Assembly: GCA_902792295.1 (NCBI GenBank)
Contig: CADAZC010000002.1
Location: 2,803-66,802, forward strand
Origin: an uncultured Eubacteriales bacterium
Lineage (GTDB): Bacteria; Bacillota; Clostridia; Christensenellales; CAG-138
Reading direction: 5' to 3'
DNA: 64,000 bases
Below, in pieces: positions 1 to 9,281 of this stretch; the stretch's first letter is position 1; every line of letters starts with the position of its first letter. The notes beneath the pieces were generated by a model, which saw only the letters and a program-made list of their open reading frames with translations, did no database searches and was not told where the DNA came from. The position numbers and the translations under genes were made by a program.

Positions 1-559
1 CCATGCCGAAGATGCGGACCTCGCGCGAATACAGCCGGTGTCCGCTCTTTTCAAGCAGATAGGGGAGGACGAGGTTCTTGAACATCGGACGAAGCTCGCG
101 CGGCGGTCCGGGCATCAGGATCGCGGCTTTGCCGTCCGCTTCCATAATACAGCCCGGCGCGGTGCCGTTCGGATTTTCGAGAATGATCGCGTCGCGCGGG
201 AACATCGCCTGCTTTTTGTTGTTCGGCGCGATCGTTCTGCCCCTGGATGTAAACCAGGCGACGAGCTTCTTCCATTCATCGTCGAACAGCACAAGCTCCT
301 TGCCCATCGCTTTTGCGACGGTCTCCTTGGTGAGATCGTCGTCGGTCGGTCCGAGTCCGCCGGAAAGCAGCACGACGTCCGCGCGGGACAGCGCCGTATC
401 GACGGCTTCGGTGAGCCGTTTCGGATTGTCGCCCACGACAAGCTGATGATACATGTCGATGCCGGACGGCGCAAGCTCCTGCGCGATGAATTGCGCGTTG
501 GTATTCAGGACCTGCCCCATCAGAAGTTCGGTCCCGACGCAGATCAGTTCAGCGATCAT
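1..559 (-). CDS. cinA: CinA-family competence/damage-inducible protein, N-terminal part (runs off left window edge)
   Basis: Hand translation of the minus strand from ATG 559-557 gives MIAELICVGTELLMGQVLNTNAQFIAQEL...LLSGGLGPTDDDLTKETVAKAMG...ENPNGTAPGCIMEA, a CinA/MoCF-type domain. It overlaps the pgsA stop by 11 nt, and pgsA-cinA order matches B. subtilis. It is absent from the ORF track because the frame is open to the edge. Confidence 0.85.
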   Translation of the reverse strand, partial: MIAELICVGTELLMGQVLNTNAQFIAQELAPSGIDMYHQLVVGDNPKRLTEAVDTALSRADVVLLSGGLGPTDDDLTKETVAKAMGKELVLFDDEWKKLVAWFTSRGRTIAPNNKKQAMFPRDAIILENPNGTAPGCIMEADGKAAILMPGPPRELRPMFKNLVLPYLLEKSGHRLYSREVRIFGM

Positions 560-1151
560 TGAGATTCAATACTCCTTTGTTCTTGATTAGGTAATCGACG
601 GCGGAAACGATCGACAGCGCAAGCGCAGCGTACACCAGCGCCTCGATCAGATACCGGAGATACGGATTGAGGTAAAAGAACGGAAATTCATCGTACAGCA
701 GCAGCGCAATGACGATGATGTCCTGAAACGTTGTTTTCCATTTCCCGAGCTTGCCGGCGGCGACCACGACGCCCTTCGACGCAGCGATCTGCCGCATGCC
801 GGAGATCAGAAACTCGCGCGCGATGAACACGATCGTGATGACCGGATGCAGAAGATAGCGCGGATGCGCTTCATCGGTCGTGCAGGAGAGCATGACGAAC
901 GCTGCGACGATCAGGATCTTGTCGGCAATCGGGTCCATCAGCTTGCCGAAATCGGTTACGATATGGTGCTTCCGTGCATAGTTCCCGTCGAGAATATCCG
1001 TGATTGCGGCGCCGAGAAACAGCATTGCCGCGACCCAGTGCGAAAACGGCGCGAACGCCGGCCAGAGGTTCGGCAACAGAAGCGCAAGGATAAACAGCGG
1101 GATCAGCAAAATCCGCAGGATCGTCAGTCGGTTGGCAATATTCATATGCAT
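549..1151 (-). CDS. pgsA: CDP-diacylglycerol--glycerol-3-phosphate 3-phosphatidyltransferase
   Basis: 200-aa ORF with the CDP-alcohol phosphatidyltransferase motif ITDILDGNYARKHHIVTDFGKLMDPIADK and several hydrophobic TM segments. The start is 1151 or 1145; the latter overlaps the rimO stop. Confidence 0.9.
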   Translation of the reverse strand: MHMNIANRLTILRILLIPLFILALLLPNLWPAFAPFSHWVAAMLFLGAAITDILDGNYARKHHIVTDFGKLMDPIADKILIVAAFVMLSCTTDEAHPRYLLHPVITIVFIAREFLISGMRQIAASKGVVVAAGKLGKWKTTFQDIIVIALLLYDEFPFFYLNPYLRYLIEALVYAALALSIVSAVDYLIKNKGVLNLNDR

Positions 1152-2431
1152 TCTCCGATCATATCATAGGAATCCGCGCCGGTGAGCCGGACGGCAAGGT
1201 ATTGTCCCGGTTCGTGCCGGTAGCTCGGCGCAACGCAGACCGTTCCGTCGGCGTCGGGCGCTTCGCGGATCGTTCTGCCGTACGTGCCGTCCATGCCCGT
1301 TTCCTCGACGAGCATCAGAAGCTCGCGTCCGATCCAGCGCTCGTTGCACGCCTTCGAGATCGCCTGCTGCTGCTCCATGAGCGCGGAAAGACGCGCTTCC
1401 TTCACGTCGTCTGCGATCTGATCCGGCATCGTTTCCGCCGCCGTTCCCTCTTCGGGAGAGAATGCGAACGCGCCGACGCGGTCGAACGGGTAGTCGCGCA
1501 GAAACTGCATAAGCTCTTCAAACTGCGCGTCCGTTTCGCCGGGGAAGCCGACCATCATCGTGGTGCGCAGCGTAAAATCCGGATAGTGTTTGCGAATGTG
1601 GTCGAGAACGCCCGTAATATGCGCCTTGGCTCCGCGGCGGTGCATGCGGCGCAGAAGTTCGTCGTTGCAGTGCTGCAGCGGCATATCGAGGTACGGGACG
1701 AGCTTTTCGCCCTCCGCAAGCGTGTCCAGAAGCGCAGGCGTGACCGTATCGGGATAGGTATACAGAAGACGCACCCATTTGAGCCCGTCGATGCGGTCCA
1801 GCTCTTTGAGAAGCGGGATCAGCCGCGGTTCGCCGTAGAGATCTTTTCCGTAGCCGGACGTATCCTGCGCAATGACGGAAAGCTCCGTCACGCCCATGTC
1901 GGCAAGCGCCTTCGCTTCGTCAACAAGCTGTTCCAGAGGCGTGCTTTTAAGATCGCCGCGGATCAGCGGGATCGCGCAGTACGCGCAGCGGTTGTTGCAT
2001 CCATCGCCGATGCGCAGATACGCACGGTACGGCGGCGTCACAAGCAGCCGCTCGGGAATAAGGATCGGGGAGCAGGGCAGGGACAGCTTTTCCGCGATCA
2101 GCCGCGGGAGCTTCTCATATTCGCGTACGCCGAGGAACAGATCGACCTCGGGCATTTCCTCGGTCAGTTCCTTGCGGTAACGCTCGGAAAGGCAGCCGGT
2201 CACGACCAGAAGGCGGCAGTTTCCGGATTCCTTGTACTGCGCCATCTCGAAGATCGCGTCGATCGATTCTTCCTTGGCGGGCGTGATGAACCCGCAGGTG
2301 TTGACGATCAACACGTCCGCTTCGGACGGTTCTCCCGTGAACGTGTGCCCCGCCGCCGCGAGATACCCCAGCATCGTCTGGGTATCGACCTGATTCTTGG
2401 CGCAGCCGAGGGAGATCACGCCGATCTTCAT
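1142..2431 (-). CDS. rimO: Ribosomal protein S12 methylthiotransferase RimO (radical SAM MTTase)
   Basis: 429 aa. It has the MTTase N-domain MKIGVISLGCAKNQVDTQ, the radical-SAM CxxxCxxC motif (GCNNRCAYCAIP) and a C-terminal TRAM-like region. Its ATG overlaps the ftsK stop (ATGA). Confidence 0.9.
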   Translation of the reverse strand: MKIGVISLGCAKNQVDTQTMLGYLAAAGHTFTGEPSEADVLIVNTCGFITPAKEESIDAIFEMAQYKESGNCRLLVVTGCLSERYRKELTEEMPEVDLFLGVREYEKLPRLIAEKLSLPCSPILIPERLLVTPPYRAYLRIGDGCNNRCAYCAIPLIRGDLKSTPLEQLVDEAKALADMGVTELSVIAQDTSGYGKDLYGEPRLIPLLKELDRIDGLKWVRLLYTYPDTVTPALLDTLAEGEKLVPYLDMPLQHCNDELLRRMHRRGAKAHITGVLDHIRKHYPDFTLRTTMMVGFPGETDAQFEELMQFLRDYPFDRVGAFAFSPEEGTAAETMPDQIADDVKEARLSALMEQQQAISKACNERWIGRELLMLVEETGMDGTYGRTIREAPDADGTVCVAPSYRHEPGQYLAVRLTGADSYDMIGECI

Positions 2432-5139
2432 GCGTCGAAATCCTCCTCAAAATCGTTTTCGTCCGGTTCGACCGCATCATCCTCCGGCGCGGGCGCGCCG
2501 CCGCCGAATACACGGTTGAATTCCGCCTGCGTGATCAGAACCTGCCGCGGCTTGCTGCCGTCGAAGGGGGAGACGTACTTTTTCTGTTCCATCATGTCGA
2601 CGAGCCGCGCCGCGCGCGCATAACCGACGCGCAGGCGTCTCTGGATCATGGAGATGGACGCCTGTCCGTTTTCCATGACGACACGGACCGCCTCGCCCAG
2701 AAGCTCGTCCTCCTGCTTGCCTTCGCCGAAGACGCCGCCCTGCGGGCCGCCCTTGGCTTCGTTGTTGATCTCGGAGATCACGTCCTCGGCAAACTTCGTT
2801 TCGGTCTTCTTGAATCCGGACATCACGCGCTCGACCTCTTCGTCGGACACGTACGCGCATTGCAGACGCGTGGGCTTTCCGGCGCCGTTCGGATGGAACA
2901 GCATATCGCCGCGGCCCAGCAGTTTTTCCGCACCGGTCGCGTCGAGAATAATGCGCGAGTCGATCGCGGAACTCACCGCAAACGCGCAGCGCGACGGAAT
3001 GTTCGCCTTGATGAGACCGGTGATGATATCCGCGCTCGGACGCTGCGTTGCAACGATCAGATGAATGCCCGCGGCACGGCCGAGCTGCGCGATGCGGCAG
3101 ATCGAATCTTCGACGTCGTCGGGCGCGACCATCATCAGGTCGGCAAGCTCGTCGATGATGATGACCAGCTTCGGGATCTTCTTTGTCGGATCCTCCGCGA
3201 GCGAATTGTACCGCGCAAGATCGCGCGCGCCGACTTCGGAGAATTTCCTGTAGCGGACCGTCATTTCGTTGACCGCCCAGCGAAGCGCGCTCGCCGCCTT
3301 CTTCGGCTCGGTCACGACCGGGATCAGAAGGTGCGGAAGCGTGCCGAACACGGACAGCTCGACCATCTTCGGATCGACGAGGATCAGCTGCAGATCCTGC
3401 GGCGAGGACTTATAGATCATGGAAATGATCAGGTCGTTGATGCAGACGGATTTGCCGGAACCGGTGGAACCCGCGATCAGCATATGCGGCATTTTGCCGA
3501 GGTCGGCGACGATGATCTTGCCTGCGATGTCCTTGCCGAGCGCCATCGTCACCGGCGATTTTGCGTTTTCAAACTCCGGACTGTCGATGATATCGCGCAA
3601 AAGCACGGTTGCTGCGTCCTTGTTCGGCACCTCGATGCCGACGGCGGCCTTGCCGGGGATCGGCGCTTCGATGCGTACACGCGGCGCCGCCAGAGCAAGC
3701 GCGATGTCGTTGGAGAGCGTTGTGATGCGGTTCACGCGCACGCCCGGCGCGGGCTGCAATTCATAGCGCGTGACGACCGGACCGACGGAGATGTTGATGA
3801 CCTTCGCCGCAATATTGAAGCTCTGCAGCGTTTCCTCCAGAAGATGCGCGATTGCGGTCGGGTTCTCCGCGCTCTTTGCAAATGTTTCACGCGGCTTGTT
3901 GAGGCAATCGATGGACGGCGGCTCATATGCGGGCACGGGCGGCGCGGGCGGAACGACGAGCGGGATTTCCGCACCGTCGTCCTCCTGACCGGACGCCGGC
4001 TTCTTCGCCGGTTTCTCGGGCTCTTTCTTCGGCAGATCGGAAGCGAGTCCTTCCGCAAGATCGGAGAACGAGGACGCCTTTTTCGCCGGTTTCTTGGGGG
4101 ACGGAAGCACAAGCTCGTCCTCTTCGTCGGCGGAAAGCGCATCGTCGCTCTTTCGATTGAGAGGACCGCTTTGCGGCATCAGATCGAAATCAAGCGCGGG
4201 ATTGGACTTTGCGGACTTCTTTTTGACGGAAGTCTGCGGTTCGGGTTCCGGCACGGTAAACAACTCGTCAAACGGAACCGGCTCGGACTTTCTGCGCTCC
4301 GCGGTTTTTTTGCGCACGGGGGCGGGTTCCTCGTCGATCGTGGTGGAAAAGCTCTTCCTCCAGGGCTTATATGCCGTTTCGACGTCCTCGGGATTGTCGT
4401 AGTTGTCGTAATCCTCATAGTCGTCGTCCGCGTATTGTTCGCGTTCCGCAAGCTTTTCACGCACCTTCGAACCGAACGCGTCGGTGTACGCCTTGATGGA
4501 GATGCCGGTGCACAGCAGTACGGAAATGACGAAACCGGCGACGATCACGACCCAGCAAAGCAGCGAGCCGCCGATCACCCACAAAAGCGTGGGGAGAATC
4601 ATGCCGAGCACGCCGCCGCCGATATGGTGCGAAACGCCCTCCGTCCATGCGATGGGGAATTGACCGAAGAACTGGCTCAGATAGTCGGTAAACTTCATTC
4701 CGGCGGTTCCGAACGGCTTCAGCTGATACAGGGATTTGCTGGTCCACATATGCAGCGCGCAGAGAATGAACCAGAACGCCAGAAGCCCGGTAAGCAGCGT
4801 GCCGCGGGCGGGTTTCTTTCGGCCGCCGATGATCAGATAGAATCCGACGATCACAAACAGGACGGGCACGGCATATGCAACGCAGCCGTGCATGCCGAGA
4901 AGATAGCCGGAGATGATTCGTCCGAGCCAGTCGTCCGAACCGCTGTAAAGATAGACGGCGAACAATGCGCCGAGTGCGATCAGCACGATTCCGAATATTT
5001 CGACGGCTGCATGCGGCGCGCGCTTTTCGGGCGCCTTCTTGCCGGACGATCCTTTCGTTGCTTTTTTAGCGGGAGCCGCGGCTTTCTTTGCACCGCTTTT
5101 TGCGGGCGCTTTTCGATTCGCGGTCGACTTATTTGCCAT
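2428..5139 (-). CDS. ftsK: DNA translocase FtsK/SpoIIIE
   Basis: I trimmed ORF 2428..5841 to ATG 5139, which is preceded by GGAGGATTATCC. The protein has a Lys/Ala-rich N-tail, multiple TM segments and an acidic/Pro-rich linker. The motor domain carries Walker A GSTGSGKSV and Walker B LVIIIDELADL. A C-terminal gamma winged helix follows (ISMIQRRLRVGYARAARLVD). Confidence 0.92.
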   Translation of the reverse strand: MANKSTANRKAPAKSGAKKAAAPAKKATKGSSGKKAPEKRAPHAAVEIFGIVLIALGALFAVYLYSGSDDWLGRIISGYLLGMHGCVAYAVPVLFVIVGFYLIIGGRKKPARGTLLTGLLAFWFILCALHMWTSKSLYQLKPFGTAGMKFTDYLSQFFGQFPIAWTEGVSHHIGGGVLGMILPTLLWVIGGSLLCWVVIVAGFVISVLLCTGISIKAYTDAFGSKVREKLAEREQYADDDYEDYDNYDNPEDVETAYKPWRKSFSTTIDEEPAPVRKKTAERRKSEPVPFDELFTVPEPEPQTSVKKKSAKSNPALDFDLMPQSGPLNRKSDDALSADEEDELVLPSPKKPAKKASSFSDLAEGLASDLPKKEPEKPAKKPASGQEDDGAEIPLVVPPAPPVPAYEPPSIDCLNKPRETFAKSAENPTAIAHLLEETLQSFNIAAKVINISVGPVVTRYELQPAPGVRVNRITTLSNDIALALAAPRVRIEAPIPGKAAVGIEVPNKDAATVLLRDIIDSPEFENAKSPVTMALGKDIAGKIIVADLGKMPHMLIAGSTGSGKSVCINDLIISMIYKSSPQDLQLILVDPKMVELSVFGTLPHLLIPVVTEPKKAASALRWAVNEMTVRYRKFSEVGARDLARYNSLAEDPTKKIPKLVIIIDELADLMMVAPDDVEDSICRIAQLGRAAGIHLIVATQRPSADIITGLIKANIPSRCAFAVSSAIDSRIILDATGAEKLLGRGDMLFHPNGAGKPTRLQCAYVSDEEVERVMSGFKKTETKFAEDVISEINNEAKGGPQGGVFGEGKQEDELLGEAVRVVMENGQASISMIQRRLRVGYARAARLVDMMEQKKYVSPFDGSKPRQVLITQAEFNRVFGGGAPAPEDDAVEPDENDFEEDFDA

Positions 5140-5175
5140 GGATAATCCTCCGATAAACCATTTTCTTTCGATTGT

Positions 5176-5204
5176 ATTATACTCCGAAACGCCCGGCGGT
5201 GCAA
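5176..5204 (-). promoter_or_regulatory. Sigma-A-type promoter candidate for ftsK (TTGCAC-17-TATAAT on minus strand)
   Basis: The minus strand reads TTGCAC, then 17 nt, then TATAAT about 35 nt upstream of the ftsK ATG. This is sequence pattern only. Confidence 0.45.
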
Positions 5205-5250
5205 GCACAAAAAATCGGACGGGTTGCGGCAAGGCGGAATCCGTGATAAA

Positions 5251-5922
5251 ATGACGAAAAACGATACGGAGACGCCGAAAATGAATTTGAGACTTTTGAT
5301 CTGGGACTGGAACGGAACGATCATCGAAGACGCCGACCTGTGCCTTGCGATCGAAAACGAGCTGCTGCGCGAACGCAATATGCCGGAGATCACGCGGGCG
5401 TGGTATCTTGCGCATTTCTCTTTTCCGATCCGCAGATATTATGAAATGATGGGGTACACGTTTGAACGGGAGAGCTTCGAAGCGGTCTCCGAGATCTTCA
5501 TGGAGCGCTACCGGAAGCGGTTTATGCATTGTCCGCTTCGCAGCGGCGTGACGGACGTTCTCCGGGAGGCGCGTCGGCGCGGGATCCGGCAGACGCTGCT
5601 TTCCGTGACGCAGCAGGACGACCTCGTCGAACAGGTGCGCGCGCTCGGCGCGGAGGAGTATTTTTCGGAGATCCTCGGACAGGTCGATATCCTCGGAACG
5701 TCCAAGCTCGACCGCGCAAAGGACTATATGGCGCGCATGGGGATCGACCCCGCGGACGCGCTGTTTATCGGCGATACCGATCACGACGCCGAAGCGGCGA
5801 AGGCGGTCGGCTGCCGCTGTGCGCTTCTGGAGGGCGGACACCAGTCCCGCGAAGTGCTGCTGCGGTGCGGCGTGCCCGTGTATGCTTCCGCGGAAGCGCT
5901 CTCGAACGTGTTGTTTGACTGA
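5251..5922 (+). CDS. HAD-superfamily hydrolase (phosphoglycolate-phosphatase-like subfamily IA)
   Basis: HAD motif I appears as LLIWDWNGTIIED, and the acidic motif IV as FIGDTDHDAEAA. ATG 5281 (MNLRLLIWDW) is an equally plausible start. Confidence 0.7.
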   Translation: MTKNDTETPKMNLRLLIWDWNGTIIEDADLCLAIENELLRERNMPEITRAWYLAHFSFPIRRYYEMMGYTFERESFEAVSEIFMERYRKRFMHCPLRSGVTDVLREARRRGIRQTLLSVTQQDDLVEQVRALGAEEYFSEILGQVDILGTSKLDRAKDYMARMGIDPADALFIGDTDHDAEAAKAVGCRCALLEGGHQSREVLLRCGVPVYASAEALSNVLFD

Positions 5923-5923
5923 T

Positions 5924-6235
5924 ATGGCGGGATCGTTTTTTCAAAGCGTATATGCGGTCGTTGCAAGGATTCCCTGCGGAAAGGTTTTAAGCTACGGCGA
6001 CATCGCGAAGCTGATCGGGTATCCGTGCCGTGCGCGGTTTGTGGGATACGCCATGCGCGTCTGCCCGGAGGGGCTTCCGTGGCATCGCGTGGTGAAGGCG
6101 GACGGATCGATCGCGGGCGGCGACTTTGCGCCGGTGCGGGAGATGCTGCTGAGAAGAGAGGGTGTTCCGTTTCTGCCGGACGGCAGGGTGGATATGCAAA
6201 AATGCCGCGCGGTTTTGTTGCCGGAAATTGGTTAG
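5924..6235 (+). CDS. Alkyltransferase-like (ATL) protein, an MGMT DNA-binding domain without the acceptor Cys
   Basis: 103 aa from ATG 5924: SVYAVVARIPCGKVLSYGDIAKLIGYPCRARFVGYAMRVCPEGLPWHRVVKADGSI. It contains the helix-turn-helix and Arg finger of O6-alkylguanine transferases, but the active site reads PWHRV instead of PCHRV, as in E. coli YbaZ/Atl. Confidence 0.8.
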   Translation: MAGSFFQSVYAVVARIPCGKVLSYGDIAKLIGYPCRARFVGYAMRVCPEGLPWHRVVKADGSIAGGDFAPVREMLLRREGVPFLPDGRVDMQKCRAVLLPEIG

Positions 6236-6299
6236 GTCCGTTGCAACGGGATGAAATCCATGTTATAATATTTTAATTAGGAACAAAGGAAGGACAGAT

Positions 6300-7421
6300 A
6301 TGAAACGGACGGATATCGGAGGGCAGGCGGTCATCGAGGGCGTCATGATGCGCTCCGAAAAAGGAACGGCGCTGGTCGTCCGGCGCAGCGACGGCACGCT
6401 TGCAAAGGAATTTCATCATCAAAGGACCCGATATAAAAAGGGCTCGTTTCCGACCTGGCCGGTCGTGCGCGGCGTCTATGCGTTTTTCAAAGCGCTTTCG
6501 GACGGCATGAACATCACAACGCGCGCGGCGGAAATCTTCGGCGAAGAGGAAGAGGAGCCCACGAAATTCGAAAAATGGCTTGCAAAGCGCTTCGGCAAAT
6601 CCGCCATGGACATTATGAAGTGGATTGCGATCGTGCTTGCCGTCGTTTTTGCGATCGGTCTGTTCTTTTTGCTTCCGATCGGCATCATCTCGCTTCTGGA
6701 ACTCGTTTTCGGCAAGATGAGCCCGGTTCTGAGCGCGATCGTGCAGGGATTGGTCCGTCTTGTGATCTTTCTGCTTTACATCTACGCAATCTCCAAGATC
6801 AAAGATATCCGGCGCGTGTTCATGTATCACGGCGCGGAGCATAAAACGATCGCCTGCTACGAGGCGGAACTTCCGATGACGCCGGAAAACGCCCAAAAAT
6901 GCACGCGGCTCCATCCGCGCTGCGGCACGAATTATCTGTTTCTGACGATGGCGGTCTCGATCATCGTGACCACCGTCGTTTCCGCGCTCTGCACGCTGAT
7001 TCCGGGGTTTACCGCTTGGCATGACGCGAGCGGGCTGAACAGCTTTCTGTTCCGCATCGCGCGGATCGTTCTGATCCTTCCGATTGCAGGCATCTCCTAT
7101 GAGGTTTTGAAGGCGGCGGCAAAGCGCGACAACCTTGTCTGCCGCATTGCCCGCGCGCCCGGTCTTGCGCTGCAGCATCTGACGACAAAGGAACCCACCG
7201 AAGACATGCTCGAGGTCGCGATCGCGTCGTTCGAGCTTGCACTGCATCCGCCGAAGGGCGATCTGGAGTTTGACACAAAGGCGAACGCGCCGGAGCCGGA
7301 CAGAAAGATCGAACCCGAAGAGATCCCCGAACCGGAACCGGCGGAGGAACAGCCCGAAGAAGCGGAGACGGCGGCTGACGAAGCGTCGGACGCGGACGCA
7401 GGAGAGGGCGGAGACGAATGA
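6300..7421 (+). CDS. DUF1385 (YqhQ-like) membrane protein
   Basis: 373 aa with N-terminal IGGQAVIEGVMMRS, an HGAEHK motif and about 4 TM segments. A long acidic/Pro C-tail follows (EPEEIPEPEPAEEQPEEAETAADEASDADAGEGGDE). The stop overlaps the prmC start; this family commonly accompanies prmC. Confidence 0.75.
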   Translation: MKRTDIGGQAVIEGVMMRSEKGTALVVRRSDGTLAKEFHHQRTRYKKGSFPTWPVVRGVYAFFKALSDGMNITTRAAEIFGEEEEEPTKFEKWLAKRFGKSAMDIMKWIAIVLAVVFAIGLFFLLPIGIISLLELVFGKMSPVLSAIVQGLVRLVIFLLYIYAISKIKDIRRVFMYHGAEHKTIACYEAELPMTPENAQKCTRLHPRCGTNYLFLTMAVSIIVTTVVSALCTLIPGFTAWHDASGLNSFLFRIARIVLILPIAGISYEVLKAAAKRDNLVCRIARAPGLALQHLTTKEPTEDMLEVAIASFELALHPPKGDLEFDTKANAPEPDRKIEPEEIPEPEPAEEQPEEAETAADEASDADAGEGGDE

Positions 7422-8212
7422 TCGTCCGCAAAGCGGAACAGCAGATTGCAAAGCGGCTTGCGCCGGTTGCAGGGGAGGACGCGCTTCTCGAAGCGACGTT
7501 CCTGCTGCGCGCGAGCGGGTTTCATTCGCCGTATCAGGAACTGTCCGAAACGGACGCAAAAGCGCTGGAGCCGCTGATCGAACGTCGGCTTTCCGGCGAG
7601 CCGCTGCAGTATGTGCTCGGCGAATGGGAGTTTTACGGGCTGCCGTTTTACGTGAACGAGTCGGTGCTGATCCCGCGTCCCGACACGGAGCGGCTGGTCG
7701 AGACGGCGCTGCGCCTGCTCTCAAAGGACCGCAGGGACGTGCTGGATCTTTGCTGCGGCAGCGGATGCATCGGAATCGCGCTTGCGGCGCTGGGCGGCGC
7801 AAACGTGACGGCGGCGGATCTCAGCGCGGATGCGCTGGAGCTCGCCGAACGCAACGCAAGACGCAACGGCGTTTCGCTTACGACCGTGCAAAGCGATCTG
7901 TTTGAAGCCGTGGAGGGGACGTTCGATCTGATCGCATCGAATCCGCCGTATCTGTCCGAAGCGGAGATGGACGCGCGCGACAGGAGTTTGCGCTTCGAGC
8001 CCGCGCTTGCGCTGTACGGCGGTGCGGACGGGTTGGATTTTTATCGCCGGATTGCCGCAGACTATCAAAGATATCTGAAGCCGGGCGGAACGCTGCTTCT
8101 GGAGATCGGCATGACGCAGAAGGACGCGGTCTCGGCGATGTTTGAAAACAGCGAGTGTATAACCGATTACGGCGGACGTCCGCGCGTGATCGCGGTGAAG
8201 AAGCATGATTGA
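7418..8212 (+). CDS. prmC: Release-factor glutamine N5-methyltransferase PrmC/HemK
   Basis: 264 aa with the SAM-binding loop VLDLCCGSGCIG and the catalytic NPPY motif (IASNPPYL). Confidence 0.9.
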   Translation: MIVRKAEQQIAKRLAPVAGEDALLEATFLLRASGFHSPYQELSETDAKALEPLIERRLSGEPLQYVLGEWEFYGLPFYVNESVLIPRPDTERLVETALRLLSKDRRDVLDLCCGSGCIGIALAALGGANVTAADLSADALELAERNARRNGVSLTTVQSDLFEAVEGTFDLIASNPPYLSEAEMDARDRSLRFEPALALYGGADGLDFYRRIAADYQRYLKPGGTLLLEIGMTQKDAVSAMFENSECITDYGGRPRVIAVKKHD

Positions 8213-9281
8213 GAAACTGGAAAAGTGCAAAGAACGGTATAAGGCGCTGACCGAAGCCCTGTCAAAGCCCGACGCGGCAAACGACCGCGAGGCGTTTTCC
8301 GCGCTTTCGCGCGAGCATGCGGAGCTCGGTGAGATCGTCGCTGCGTTCGACCGCTACCGGGAGACCGAGCGCGAACGCGACGACTGCCTTGCGCTGCTTT
8401 CGGAGCATCCGGACGCGGAGATGAAAGCGCTCGCGGAAGAGGAGCTTGCCGCGCTTGAAACGTCCCTTGCAGAACAGGAAAACGAACTCAGGACGCTGCT
8501 GCTGCCGAAGGACGAAAACGACGACCGCGGCGTCATTCTGGAGATCCGGGCGGGCACGGGCGGCGAGGAAGCGTCGCTGTTCGGCGCGGACCTTTTGAGA
8601 ATGTATCTCCGGTATGCGGAGCGTCACGGATTCAAGACCGAAACGCTGTCCGAAAACGTCACGGAGCTCGGCGGCGTCAAGGAGATCATCTTGTCCGTTT
8701 CCGGCAGGCGCGGCGCGTACGCGCGGCTGAAATTCGAGGGCGGCGTGCACCGCGTCCAGCGCGTGCCTGAGACCGAATCGCAGGGGCGTATCCACACGAG
8801 CGCGGCGACGGTTGCCGTCATGCCGGAGGTCAGCGATATCCATATCGACATCAAGGATTCCGACCTGCGCATCGACACCTACCGGTCGAGCGGCGCGGGC
8901 GGGCAGCATGTCAACAAGACCTCGTCCGCGATCCGCATCACACATCTGCCGACCGGCATCGTGGTTGCATGTCAGAACGAACGCAGCCAGCTCCAGAACA
9001 AGGAACAGGCGATGCGGCTTTTGAAAAGCCGTCTTTACGAGCATTTTGCCTCGCAGCAGCATGCGCAGCTTGCGGACCAGAAGAAGAGCATGGTCGGCAG
9101 CGGCGACCGCAGCGAGCGCATCCGGACCTACAATTTTCCGCAGAGCCGCGTGACCGATCACCGCATCGGACTGACGCTCTATAAGCTCGAAGCGTTTCTG
9201 GACGGCGACATGGACGAAATGATCGACGCGCTGACGCTTGCGGAGCGCGCCGCGAAGCTGAGCGGGGAGGCGGACGCATGA
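8205..9281 (+). CDS. prfA: Peptide chain release factor 1
   Basis: 358 aa with the GGQ motif (SSGAGGQHVNKTSSA) and the RF1-type PxT anticodon motif in QRVPETESQGRIHTS. Confidence 0.95.
   Translation: MIEKLEKCKERYKALTEALSKPDAANDREAFSALSREHAELGEIVAAFDRYRETERERDDCLALLSEHPDAEMKALAEEELAALETSLAEQENELRTLLLPKDENDDRGVILEIRAGTGGEEASLFGADLLRMYLRYAERHGFKTETLSENVTELGGVKEIILSVSGRRGAYARLKFEGGVHRVQRVPETESQGRIHTSAATVAVMPEVSDIHIDIKDSDLRIDTYRSSGAGGQHVNKTSSAIRITHLPTGIVVACQNERSQLQNKEQAMRLLKSRLYEHFASQQHAQLADQKKSMVGSGDRSERIRTYNFPQSRVTDHRIGLTLYKLEAFLDGDMDEMIDALTLAERAAKLSGEADA

Noticed and set aside
5140-5841. A 234-aa N-terminal extension of the FtsK ORF (the track gives 2428..5841, 1137 aa).
   Set aside because: The extension is Arg/His-rich shadow sequence lying antisense to the HAD gene. 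A strong SD plus ATG at 5139 begins a typical FtsK N-terminus, and a promoter-like site lies between.
6273-7802. A 509-aa minus-strand ORF across DUF1385/prmC. Similar long antisense or alternate-frame ORFs occur at 1202-2623, 2860-5145, 8262-9401, 9296-10306, 12038-13705, 16126-17757, 17820-19922, 37292-39496, 37425-38852, 38853-40387, 40206-41603, 41051-42046, 45643-46722, 54002-54952, 56288-57595 and 57803-59209.
   Set aside because: Their Arg/Ala/Gly/Pro-rich, low-complexity composition is typical of stop-poor shadow frames in GC-rich DNA. Each lies entirely opposite or overlapping a gene with clear motifs, and none has an SD or a recognisable domain.
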